NCBI RefSeq assembly: GCF_902652985.1
Contig: NC_047019.1
Span: 12,648,001 to 12,712,000 of the forward strand
DNA from: Pecten maximus
Lineage: Eukaryota
Length of the DNA: 64,000 nucleotides
Reading direction: 5' to 3'
Shown here: one piece after another, positions 35,520 through 48,918 of the stretch
Layout of the letters: every line of letters starts with the position of its first letter
Position numbering within the stretch: the first letter of the stretch is position 1
Made by a program: the position numbers and the translations under genes
Notes under the pieces: generated by a model
What the model saw: only the letters and a program-made list of their open reading frames with translations
Told to the model about the DNA's origin: nothing
Database searches by the model: none

Positions 35520-38500
35520 ATGTCATCGAAAGGTATGTATTAATATTTTATTACTCTATTTAAGTGTTTTCTGATAACATTTCGTGATACAAAACGACGT
35601 AGAGTACATTTAGAGACATAAATGGTTCGAAATACTGCGCCAGGACCGCTTGACGTAAACAGAAGAGGATAAAAGTTTCCTCTGACCAAGACACCGTGCC
35701 AGAGCGCGTTACCATATGAAAAAGTGAAATTCTCTGGCACTATTTGGTGCTTGGTGAAGACAAAATAAATCGGGCGTGACATAGAACCCACCTTACAGTT
35801 ATGGATAGATGTAATATTTATTTAACCCCCAAACCACCCATTTAGTCCCATATCGATTTTTTTCCGTCCGTACATAACCTCGTTTTACACTGGTCAAAAT
35901 TCCACACACGACCCGACGCCATATTGCAAACTATGTATGTCGCCGTAGGAACACGGTGGGTCGAATTAACCTAGTTTTCTTGATTGAAAATATGAGAAGA
36001 AAACCAAATAAATTTTTTTCGGGTCATTGCGTTTCGATTAGGATGGTTTAATTGCCCTTTAACTAAAGAAAATGCGAGTTAACAGACGCAATGACCAGAA
36101 AAGACCATTTATTTTGTTTTCTTCTCACATAGTATTAAATTCAAACAGGGGAAAGAAAGAGGCTACACGGANNNNNNNNNNNNNNNNNNNNNNNNNNNNN
36201 NNNNNNNNNNNNNNNNNNNNNNNNNNNNNNNNNNNNNNNNNNNNNNNNNNNNNNNNNNNNNNNNNNNNNNNNNNNNNNNNNNNNNNNNNNNNNNNNNNNN
36301 NNNNNNNNNNNNNTTTTTGATTTATTTTTTTTTTTTTTTTTTTTTGCGGGGGGCAAACAGATATCCCATTTTTCGATATAAGTAAGATAGATTTTCTTTT
36401 ATTCCAATTTTCGTGTAGTAATGCACTTTGCTTCTACACAAGAATTGGCGTTAGGGACAAAGGAAACAATGGCCCATACCAGATATAGTGTCAGGGACAG
36501 AGGAAACAATGGCCCATACCAGATATAGTGTTAGGGATAGAGGGGAAAATGGCCTATACTAGATATAGTGTCAGGAACAGAGGGAAAAATGGCCTATACC
36601 AGATAAAGTGTCAGGGATAGAGGGGAAAATGGCCTATACCAGATATAGTTTCAGGGATAGAGGGGAAAATGGCCTATACCAGATATAGTGTCAGGAACAG
36701 AGGGAAAATGGCCTATACCAGATATAGTGTCAGGAACAGAGGGAAAATGGCCTATACCAGATATAGTGTCAGGGACAGAGGAAAAATGGCCTATACCAGA
36801 TATAGTGTCAGGGACAGAGGAAAAATGGCCTATACAAGATATAGTGTCAGGGACAAAGGAAACTCGGTCTACACCAGACATGGTGTCTGGGCCAGAGAAA
36901 ACTCGGTCTTCATCAGTTATGGTGTGGGGCCAGGGGAAACTCAGCCTACACCAATCATGGTATCAAAGCCACAAGGACACAAAGTACTTATACATATGAA
37001 TTAGACAATTACATAGACATCAATCCTTACTCATAAATGTATATATAATTGTAAATTAATAATTATTCACACACCAGCACAGGCTCCAGCACATATACAT
37101 CCTACTTGCCTACATCATTCATGGTTTCATAGTTTCGACGAGAGAGAAATAATTCAGATCTAAAGGTGAAGGAAAAGATATTTCAAACATGGCTGCCCCT
37201 ACCGGGGGCGCGAGAATATTCCCGTGGGACACGATTTCAAAGTTCAAAGGTAGGATTGGTTGGAAATATAGCTGGCGTGCTATGTTTAGGAGAGCTTTAT
37301 TCACATTCCCTTCGGTCGTGTTGAGCTGCGCTCTTATAAAACTACCACTCAGCACCAAACATGACCTACAAGTACCTATACCTGACCACGGATCCGGCAA
37401 ACAGTGGTTTAAGCTTACAGTGACATGCGACACTCAAGCGGCTTTACCATATATTACAAACCGGAAGTACATATATGAATAAGGAATTTACAAATGTTTG
37501 ATTATCCAGATCACCAACTCAATATATACATTCAAATTAAATACTGAAGAAAAAATCAAATGTAGCTATTTCTAAGTTATTGAATTGCGAAAATAGGACT
37601 AGTCACATTGAATGTGAATATAGTAATGTATTATAATATATATATTAGCGGGAAAATAGAATTCAAGTCTATTTTCGATAGTTAACATTTTACATCATTC
37701 TTTGATGAGTATTCATGGTGTGAGTTTCTCGATTATTGCATCATTACTGAATTCATTTTGGTGATTTTTTACTGTCATATCACAGGCGATGTTTGCATTA
37801 ATACCGTTAAAACAAGAGTATCCTACGCTGTTTCCTGATCCAAATCAGAAGCATGTGTGACCAACCCTGGCATCAGTCGCTGCTCTTTGACCACATCAAT
37901 GTGTTTATTGCCCTTTAAGGGATATTATTCCACTCCTCTATAAGGGACTGCGTGAGTTTAGCGACTTTATATGTGACGTTAACACGGTTCCTACATAGGG
38001 CCTTGCCTTGTCCTGCTGCAAAGTAATGTTACATTGATGGATACGAGGAAGAAGTGTGGTCTCAATACCTGATCGACTTCACTCCATCGCGGCATTTTGC
38101 TGTAGAAATGTACATGTATTGTAACTGATCTGTACTGTTCCAATGTTCGATTTGAAATGATGTATAAGCACGTATGGTGCAAGAGTACCCCTGGTGGACG
38201 CTTTCTTAAAAAAAATCTGCTGAAAGCATGCAGCATCGACCGGGCCAGGATCGACTGAATTTTAACTAAAGATCATTTTGAAAGTACACGGCGCTGTGTG
38301 TAATTCAGTTGAATTTCGACCACGTGTCCAAACGTTATGTTACCAAAGCCAAACTTGTGTTTCTGTTCCCCGCTAGTATATTTAAACTCTAATGCACATG
38401 GATAGATATCAAAGGCATACAACACCATGTAAGTTTTTTTTAAATCACAGTATCAGGTGTATTCTTCTTATCTATGTGTAAGAAGGTCCATTAAAAATAC

Positions 38501-41500
38501 CTACTATGAATCCTAATCTATTCACAACTTATATATCTGCAAGGGTCATCATGAACAAGTTATCTCCTTAGTGGTCAGGATATTATAGAAACTAATGTAG
38601 TATATGTCTATTTTATAACATTATTATTAGTATATATACACATGCCAAGCTTGGTTGAGAAGTACAGAGATACATTTGTATTTCAGCATTTACAAATAAA
38701 GCATACGTAATGCAATAGAAAGATAATGATGAATATTTAATGATGTAATTAAATAGATAGGGAACCACCCTGTCATGGAAGTGATCATGGTATTGAAAAC
38801 GCAAAACCTTACGGGGAAACATCGCAAGCTCATTCACTTTCACTCCTACCGGTTAGTCAATGAATGTCTGTTAAAATATATCATTATCTATTTGTACAAT
38901 ACGAGAAATGTACCCCCAATAAACAAATTTCTTATTCTTTCTCTTTTCTGAAAGGATTGTTAGAGCGTCTCGCAAATGGCGGACAAGTTCTCATTGCGGA
39001 AGGATATGTGATAGAATTGGAGAGAAGAGGTTATCTGCAGTCGGGAGGATTTATACCGGAAGTAGTTTTAGAACATCCGGAGATTGTCCGAGGACTACAT
39101 CGAGAGTTTGTACATGCTGGCACCGATGTGGTAGAAGCATTTACAGTAAGTTTATACCGTTTTTACCAGTCGTTGAAGTGCATAAGTATCCCGTTTAAAT
39201 TATTATCAGCAAGCAATGCATATATTCCAGCCGCTGTAGTAAATAAGTACAATGTTTAGTTTGGCTTTTCCGCAATCAACTAATCATGTATAGTGGATAT
39301 AATGTAGTTCTATATAAACAAGCATTTCTATCATTTAAAAATTTCTTCTTGATACATTTGCTTTTTATGTATGCTTATAGAATGAGTTATGTCATTTGAT
39401 GGGCGTTTACTGTTTCTTTTACAGTCCTATTGTTTTGCAAATTGCATACATGAAAATGATTGTGGGAATAAATGAATTAATTAATGGCTGCAAAATGAAA
39501 AGAGTGCAAGATGAGAAAAATATCTCCTTTCCGAGATTAGTGAGTTGAATATGTGGCTCCAAATCCTAGCATTTATCATATTCACATAGCAATACCAAGA
39601 TATATGTAAGGTATATTTCAGTACTACGGTCATAGGGAGAAACTGCGAACAATCGGACGTGAGGACGACTTAGAGAGACTCAATAGAACAGCTCTTAAGA
39701 TCGCGCGAGAAGTGGCAGATGAAACCGGAACTTTGATGGCTGGCGGACTTTGTAACACCAACATATATGACAAAGATGATGTTACTACACATGACCAAGT
39801 CAAGGCGATGTTTAAGGTGAATTAATTATGGATTACAAATAAGACCATTGATGCAAGTTACCTTAAAATATCTCTATTTTTTCGTAACATATGAATAATG
39901 AAAAAATTGCATCAAAATGTTGAATGATAGATTATATACCCTAATGATGACGCAATGTATGAATCAATACCGTAGTTCTTCATAATTGCAATTAAAACCA
40001 TGAACCTTACCTTTAATTACTGAGAATCGCCACTCTCTATATGTAAATGAACTGCGGAAAATGTGTCCTGCACGCATGCGCAAACTGAAGGATGCCGGAC
40101 AGGCGATCAATGCCACGCTGACCCAAAGTCCATCAGACGGACTGGTTGCTGCTGCGAAGGTAATGAAAAGGATTTCGGAAAATAATGACATCATCTACTA
40201 AAGTCAACGTGAGTCTGTTGGATGAAAATCAAAGATAGATTAAATGTGAAAAGGCATCACGAATAGGCTGTGAAATGTCTCAGCATTTGAAAAATAAACC
40301 CATGCTTTTCTTTTATCAGCGCGCGCAGGGCCGGTTTACTATCTTTTATTATATGTATATTACTTTCTTTACTTAAGAACTTATGAAGTGTTCACGGTAC
40401 TAAACAGGTTTGACGGCAATAAAGGGGATTATGCAATTTAATTCGGTAAGGTTTTTATCTGTAAACAAAAACAAAGAGTCTTTTACATAAATCAGTTTTA
40501 AATCAATCTCAATGATTGTGTTCTTACAATCAGCTCTGTTTAATATATAAAATAATATTTTTGTGGTTTTGTGGGATTTTTTTTTTTTTTTTTTTAGGAA
40601 TAAGACGCACTTTAATTGTATTCTTATAATCAGCTCTGTTTAATACGTAAAATAATATTTTTGTGGGTTTTTTTTTTCTTTCTTTTTGAGGAATAAGACA
40701 CACTTTAATAAGTTCAATCGGGTCTCCAGATGTTAAGTATACAACTATATAGTATTAACATATTAAACTTTCATTACATTTTAGTTTTTTATGATCACAG
40801 GAGCAGGTGGAGTGGGCGGTAGAGGAGGGGGCGGACTACATCATAGCGGAGACATTGAGCGACTACGGAGAGGCTAAACTAGCGCTAGAGGCAATAAACC
40901 AGTATGGGAAAGGTAGACGTCGCAATGCTTAACATTGTGTTTGAGAGTCCATTTTGTATAAATCTATTGAATGGTAGAAGTTTATTACTGTAGGTTAGTT
41001 TTAGCTTAAAAAAGCATTCTTCGTTATTTTATGTAAAAACGTTGTTAACACTATTTTGATATATTGATTATTTGTGTGCCTCTTTTTATGGAATTTCTCA
41101 TGTTATAGTATGAGAAACAGAGAAAACCGACCAGCAGTTAAACCATAATTCTGACGTCAAAATCAACTGACATTGAAGACTTAAAGGCGGTCTGAGAAAA
41201 AAAATATTAAAACTTCATTTTTTATTTATATGATAATCTGTAGTACTCAATGTTTCAAATTCTTAACACATTGCTAGACTTCGAGTCCAAATTTCCGTTT
41301 TTTGTCAATTACGTGAATTCCTATTCAATACCAACCCAATATCTCAGCTACACTGTTTACTTATGAAACTTGCTCTTTTACAGCTTTATTGTGATAAATA
41401 CGACATTCTTTAATACAATACGAGTTAGTATAGGATATATTGTAAATCCCCCCTCCAAATATACTGCGGCTTTTTATCGGCGAGATTATGGAAGGGAAAC

Positions 41501-43792
41501 GAACATTTGGTGCTAACTGACACAAAGGGAGACAATGTATAACTTTGCCTTTTAAACATTCAAAAAAAGATTAAATTCTACCAAACAATTTTGAAATATG
41601 AAATTGCAATACTTTAGCTCGAGTTCTCTATCACTGTTAACGTCACAATGCTGCTGACGTCATGAAGCAACATGAGGCCCGTATTCCCGATCGCAGCTAT
41701 GCTCGGTGTTTATTACATGTGAACATATAACATTTTGCTATGACTTCTATTTCTTTTTCTCAACATACAGGTGTCCCAGCTGTGATAACTATGTCACTTC
41801 ATGTATCGGAAAAAACCGTAGACGGACTGCCAATAGCTGAGGCATGTCGTAAACTGGAAGAGGAGGGAGCGGCCGTGGTGGGTCTAAACTGTGGGCGTGG
41901 TCCAAGGACAATGTTACCTACAATCAGAGAAATAAGAAAAATATGCAAGGTAAGCGGTATAGCGGGCCTATCATTACATCAAACGAGTATATAAACAGCG
42001 AAAATATTATATTAAACTTTTAAAGTAAAGGCGAGGCGAAGGAAAGACGACTGAATCATATTATCTTATCTTATTATTTCTACAAAGAGCGATTGTAAAT
42101 TAAAAACTACAAAACTACGATTTCTATAACAATGAGAAATTGCAGGTGAAACGAACATGTTTAAATCGATTGGTATTTGTCCAAAATGACATGACTTTTA
42201 AAGTAGTTGTAGCCTCAAAAATAGAGCAAGCGCATGATATTGGTATTAATGAACGAAACCATACATATTGAATTACAAATCACTGCTTAATTGGGCAATT
42301 ATTTTCTGTGATATAGTCAGTATAAACATGCCTAAAGAAAATTGTTTCAGTATGAATGAATCATTTTATACATACATAGATATATCTAATATCATTTTAA
42401 CGTTTGAGGTAAAGACTACAGTCAAGTTAAACCTATACTTTTACAATCGAAGCATGTTGTATTTATGTCAGTTTGTAAAGAAAGAATTCCTCATCTTACA
42501 ATCCGTTTTACATATGTGACTAACCACTTAATAAACCAACTTAATCAATATGTATACAATCACAGCATAATTCCACACAATTGAATCGGGAAACAATTTA
42601 GAAGAGAGAAAATTTTGCCTTTAAATCCATTACACATTTATAACTTACCATTTCTAGATAGTAAAATTACTCTTACTGCGGTAATTCACGTGTCCAAATT
42701 GATTCGATATCCAAGGACCTTCCCTATTATCAGTATTTCCGTGACAAATATCGACTACTGGGGTAGCAGTGTACAGTAAAAATGGCCAACTCTGAAAAAT
42801 AAGGCACCTGTTTTAGATATGTAGAAATACCAAGTTAACCCTACTTATTACTTACACTAAAGTATATATATTTGTAATCTATCCAACATTTTCAATTTTG
42901 ATACAGTTATGAAGGATAAGAAAACTTATTCTTTTCCATGTTTTTCAGACCTGTGAATACCATGGCAACCACTTCAAAAAAAAACTTTACAAATGCAAAA
43001 TATCATGATATTTGACAAAATGACACAATTCCCGACACATTTTTTTTCCTGAAACCTATATGAAATTAAACATCATATCTCTATTCCAAAGTTGGAATTG
43101 TTTAGCTTAATAAAAATAAATAAGATCAAAAGCAAATCACCAAGCTGTCCTACTGTAGTGTGATACCTGAAATAAAAACAACAATACAAGCTTTCGAGAG
43201 ATATAGGTTGTTAAATACCATTTCAATGTGGTGGACATCATGATCTTATTTGCAAATATCATTAATTTATGAGCAACTCGATGCACGTTTTCAAATTTTA
43301 CCTTGAAGCTTGAAGCCGCAAATATTGATGTTATTTTTTCAGGGACCGATAGCCGCTCTTCCCGTGACGTTTCGGACTACAGATAAATATCCCTCGTGGT
43401 TCGCTTTAAAAGATCCGGATACAGGTGAGTCAGATCAGACTCATTGTGCTGTGAACAATGTCGCTCTCCCAACATGAGCTAGATTAATCATGCTAAGATA
43501 TGTTATAATTGTCTTTGCAGAAAAGGACGTGTATCCGACAAATTTGTCCTGTGTTGCATGTAGCCGGGATGACATCAGACAATTTGCAGAAGAAGCGAAG
43601 GCGATTGGTGTAAATTACGTCGGACTTTGCTGCGGAAATGCTCCATTCTTCTTCCGGGAGCTAGCGGAAGTGTATGGTCGGAAACCTGATGCGTGCAAAT
43701 ATTCTCCTGATGTATCTGCAAACGTGATTGTTGGCAAGCATACAAAACATTCACAAAAAATGAAGGAAATTGTAACGGCTGACAAGATTTAA
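35520..43792 (+). CDS. BHMT: BHMT-like copy 4 (intact, 347 aa; assembly gap in intron 1)
   Basis: Exons 35520-35532, 38955-39145, 39622-39816, 40801-40912, 41771-41949, 43343-43424, 43521-43792. GT-AG introns, same exon lengths, Zn-ligand motifs intact. Confidence 0.88.
36172..36313. other. Assembly gap (142 N)
   Basis: Run of N inside a ~1.45-kb insertion (36155-37612) relative to copy 2 intron 1. Confidence 1.
36454..36885. repeat. 39-40-bp minisatellite (~10 units)
   Basis: Unit aatggcctataccagatatagtgtcagggacagagggaa. Confidence 0.92.
37840..38080 (-). mobile_element. Tc1 remnant, paralogous to 11450-11810 and further deleted
   Basis: Colinear high similarity to the copy 2 intron 1 Tc1 fragment (QQDKARPYV motif). 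Confidence 0.65.
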
Positions 43793-44689
43793 AGGTCCGA
43801 CGAATTGGTTTTACTCACTGGAATTTCTACTCAGACAAGTTTACTCGGGATAATGTCCGTTCAAGGACAAAACGACGTCGATATTTCTGGAAATATTATT
43901 ACACGCCACAAATGTATTTTTCACATGATATATCAATGAAAAATGTTAGAATTTTTGTAAATCAACGCAGACATCAAACAGGAGTTCATTGCTGTATTAT
44001 GTGGTTAATTTCTGAAATTAAGAATTATCAGTTAGACTAAAAGAAGAGAAAAATATCATGAAACTTATATTTCTATTCAAGTTACAATAAAATATATTCA
44101 TTACATCTTTGATCATTGTGACTGATGAGTTTTCCATTGTTATGAAAACCGACATCATGCCATGTGTAGTGAACCATTATCTAATATTTTTATGATGTCA
44201 TATTTTCATAATTCCTAAAACTAGAACATGAAATCAGACGTGATCGATATTTGGTTTGATATGCCCGGTAGTTTCGTTTCTATCACCGCAGTTCTCATTT
44301 TGAGATTGTGACTTAACCAACATTTTACCTAAAAGCTGAAGACCTATATTTTTTGAAGCACATGGTCTTACAAATCGTAGATGCGCTTGATATGTTTACG
44401 CTTTCGACTCTGTTGAATAACATATCGGCAAAATACAAAACAAAAAAACATACATTGTTGTGAATTGTGATGACATCACAGTGTTTACAGCGCTTCGTTG
44501 TGTCTGCACTACCTGACATGAAGTCTGCATTTTGTGTGTTTAGTGTTCTTGTTGGAATTAATTATAGTAAAACAATATTATTCATCAATACCCTGTATGA
44601 AAACAGCTTCTTTATTTTTTTTATTTTTACAAAAAAATAAAATAAAAACAAAACAAAAAACAAACAAACTAACTAACAAAAAACCAAAA

Positions 44690-45330
44690 GCCGACAAGTT
44701 ATGCATAAACACTAAGTTCATTAGCAGTAAGGATCCGCTTTTATTTCAACGATGGAGACTGTGGTTTTACCATGATATTGAATACACAGAACATCGTAAT
44801 ATAGGAAATTACACATCTTGTTTGTTTAACTTAAAGGAACCTGATTTCACTATCCCTGGGTTTTGATGTTACAGCTGGACGATTTATTTTTGCTGTCATC
44901 TGCCATGAATTCACATTTCGTGAGATTCAACTTCATAAGCCAGTTTTCTGACCATTTCACAGTCAAGTCAATATTTTTTGTAGTTCTTGGTTTTTCGTGG
45001 TTTTCACAGGTTTCTAGAAGAGGTTGGTGTCGTCCACGAATAATTTCACTAGGTAGAATACCACTTCTTGTGTGTCGTTCACATAGATGAGTAAAAGTGT
45101 TGGTCCGAGGATACTTCCCTGACGAACACCGCTTGCTACAGAGATGATACTAAGACACTGTTGGAACACTGTCCATCAATAAATGCCATGCCATTCAAGT
45201 CAAGAGGTTCTTGATCTATCAGAAGATTTCATTGAACTCCTTATCATAGGTGTCCGCTGAATCTAACTCGGATGGAGTATACAAACTAGTCGCACTTTCA
45301 ACAGAAAATCTTACCTGCAAAATGTGTGCG
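44690..45330 (-). mobile_element. Duplicated CR1-like/Penelope remnant with ~1.7-kb internal deletion
   Basis: Matches 27596-28127, then jumps (at ~45245) to the sequence of ~29897. Confidence 0.75.
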
Positions 45331-45829
45331 CCAGTGAACAAGGAACCAAGCCAAACTTTAGATTGGTTTTAGGAACCAACTGTTCTACTTATAAATTATT
45401 AACTCTGTCATACGTACTGTTTCGATAAGGTTTAAGGCAAGTGTAAATATATGCTATTCTATTAGGTTTATTTTGTGCATAAATGGTAGTATATTTTACT
45501 CTGCATTAACGAGCTCACAACATTTAGATATTTTCCCCGCCACCAGTGTTTACTATTTTTTTGATGACGCCATTTGACTGTTATCTATGTATTATGTCGT
45601 TCATAATAAGTTGTCGTTATTGTTAAAAGGCTAAGTACCGCATTTGATAAGTTATACCTGAATTTTGAATTTGTTTTGATAACCATATTCCCTAGTGCTG
45701 AAACTAGTCGACATCTGGATTAACGCCGGGAAACCAAGCTAGACGTTGTTATATATTTAATCCTTGAACGTTTCGAACCAACTGTAAATTATCGTTTTAA
45801 TTTTCCCGATATACATAACACATTAAGAC

Positions 45830-47140
45830 ATACTGATAGGCATACTGGTTTTACCTGTCCTAATGTACATCATGGTTTTAAATGTCTTAGTGTAAATAAA
45901 GTGTTAATTGTCCTAATGAACATACCATATGGTACATGTAATGGTTTATACTGCCCTGATGTACATAAAGGTTTTAACTATCCTAATGTACATAATGGTT
46001 TTAACTCTCCTAATGTCCATAATGGTTTTAACTGTCCTGATGTACGTAATGGTTTTAACTGTCCTAATGTCCATAATGGTTTTAACTGTCCTGATGTACA
46101 TAAGGGTTTTAATATGCCCTGATGTACATAAAGGTTTTAACTATCCTAATGTATATTTTGGTTTTAACTGTCCTAATGTCCATAATGATTTTAACTGTTC
46201 TAAAGTCCATAATGGGTTTAACTCTCCTAATGTTCATAATGGTTTTAACTGTCCTGATGTACGTAATAATTTTAACTATCCTAATGTACATAATAGATTA
46301 AATTTGCCCTGTTGTGCATAATGGTTTTAACTGTCTCGATATTCATAATGGTTTTAACTTCCTGATGTACATAATGGTTTTAACTTCCTGATGTACATAA
46401 TGGTTTTAACTGTCTCGATGTTCATAATGGTTTTAACTGTCCTGATGTACATAATGTTTTTAACTGTCTCGATGTTCATAATGGTTTAAACTGTCCTGGT
46501 GTATATAATAATTTAACTGTCCTGATGTACATGACGGTTTTAATCTTCCCTGATGTGCATAATGGTTTTAACTATCCTGATGTACATTATTGTTTTAACT
46601 GTCCTGATGTATATAATGGTTTTAACGGTCTCGATGTGCATAATGGTTTAAACTGTCCTGATGTACATAATGGTTTTAACTGTCCTGATGTTCATCATGG
46701 TTTAACTGTCTCGATGTACCTCATGGTTTTAACTGTCCTGATGTACCTACTGGTTTTAACTATCCCGATATACACTGTGGTTTTAAATGTCCCAATTTAC
46801 AAAATGATTTTAACTGTCCCCATTTACATAATGATTTTAACTGTCCCAATGCACATATTGTTTAAAATGTCGTGATGTACATAATGGTTTTAACTGTCCT
46901 GATGTGGTTTTGTACGTAATGGTTTTTAACTGTTGTGACGTACATAATGGTTTTAGCTGTCGTTATGTATATAATGGTTTTAACCAGCCTGGTGTACATA
47001 ACGGTTTTAACTGCCCCGATGTACTTTTGTACGTAATGGTTTTTAACTTTATGATGTACATATTGGTTTTAACTGTCGTGATGTATATAATGGTTTTAAC
47101 CGGCCTGGTGTACATAAAGGTTTTGACTGGCCTGATTTAC
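45830..47140. repeat. 27-bp tandem satellite, second and longer array
   Basis: Same unit and flanks as 30322-31253. Confidence 0.95.
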
Positions 47141-48401
47141 GCAGTGGGTTATAAATGAAAATTATCATAAATCAGGTATATGTGCTCATAATAATACCAG
47201 CAAATTTTTGTTGGAAAATCAATTTTTCAGTTTGGAAATCCTCAAATTGTGACAAAACCACTAAATATTGAACCACATAACTAAATGTTGGCTTTTAAGA
47301 ACCATCCTTATGGGCAGTTAAAGAGTGAGTGTCCAAATTAAAAAGAAAAACATGAATTCAGACAATATATTGATTGAAATCAGACTTCAGTTGATACCTA
47401 TTCTAAAAATTATTTTTATGCGATGTTAGGCATATTGTTGGTGTTACCACACAAAGTCATTTGTATTTAGGAACAAAACTCTTTCTTTCTAATTGCTTAA
47501 TTAGACAATTATTTTCTGTTTATATCCGTGATTAGTTAAGTATAAAAATTGTTTCAGTGAAACTGACTCACTTTATATATACGTATATATCAACAATTGA
47601 GATAAAGAATAGCCAGGATAAATGTCTATATTATTATCAATTAAGGTAAAGAACTCAACCAAGATAAATCTACAATTTTGAAATCGACGTATGTTGTATT
47701 CATGTCAGTTTGTACAGAATAATTCCTCATGGTACCATCTGTTTTGCAGATGTGACTTATCAGTTTATCAAATCAACTTAATAAATAGATATGTAAATTT
47801 TATTTCTTTTCATTGTCAATAAACGTACAGCATTACAGCAATTAAATCGGGTAACTGTAGCAGAAGAGGCCCAATGGAAGAAAAACATTTGTTTGCAAAT
47901 CCGTTACACATTTGTTAATCAACCCTGTTGATACGGTATATTAATGTCGATATTCGAGGACGCTCTCCATTATCATGATTTAACAACATAATGTTTCTAG
48001 ATATGTAAAAAATTGTAGGTTGATAAAGACCATGTTAAAGTGGTAGACATATTATGATTTAATCTATTTCCTTGTGTAATCTGAAGTCAGACATCTTTGA
48101 GGCTTATTGATATTCCAAATGGCTACGTTGTGACCAACCTATTTCATTTTTTGAAAATGTATCTGAAACCGGAATGGACCTGGATTGGTATGACGGTATC
48201 CTCAGTAATTCAGAAAACGCTTACTTTTTCGGAGCATCTGGTCATATTCTCCCTGTCCTTTTCAAAGGTCTCCATGCAAAAATTTATTTGCTGATATGTT
48301 GCCCTCGTTTTATTTATCAACCTCTATCTACGACTTCGTTCATATTCTCTGTTGCTTCTCGTATATACATGAAGTCGCCAATATTGACGTTATTTTCACA
48401 G

Positions 48402-48918
48402 GGACCGTTAGCCGCCCTTCCCATGACATTTCGAACTACCGATCAATATCCCTCGTTGATCGCTTTAAAAGATCCGGATACAGGTAAGTCAGATCAGACT
48501 CAGTGCTGTAAACAAAGCTACTCTCTCACCATGAGTTAAATTTTGTCATTAGAAAGAGCGACAAACAGTGGAGCCAAATTTTAAATCTTAAGTATAAACC
48601 TCAAATTTGATAAATGTGCTTCATTATGCTATAATTAATTCTGTATGGAATGACGTGTATCCGACAAATTTGGCATGTTTTACATGTAGTCGGGATGAAA
48701 TAAGACAATTTGCAGAGGAAGCAAAGGAGATTGGTGTAAATTACATCGGGCTTTGCTGCGGAAATGCACCATTCTTCTTCCGAGAGCTAGCGGAAGTGTA
48801 TGGTCGGAAACCTGCTGCGTGCAAATATTCTCCTGGTGTATCTGCAAATGTGATTGTAGGCAAGCATACAAAATATTTACAAACAATAATGGAAATTGTA
48901 ACGGCTAACAATATTTAA
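48402..48918 (+). pseudogene. BHMT-like copy 5, 3' remnant (exons 6-7 only)
   Basis: Exon 6 at 48402-48483. Exon 7 at 48647-48918 is preceded by AT instead of AG. Intron-5-like sequence starts at ~47490 and there are no upstream exons. Confidence 0.85.
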
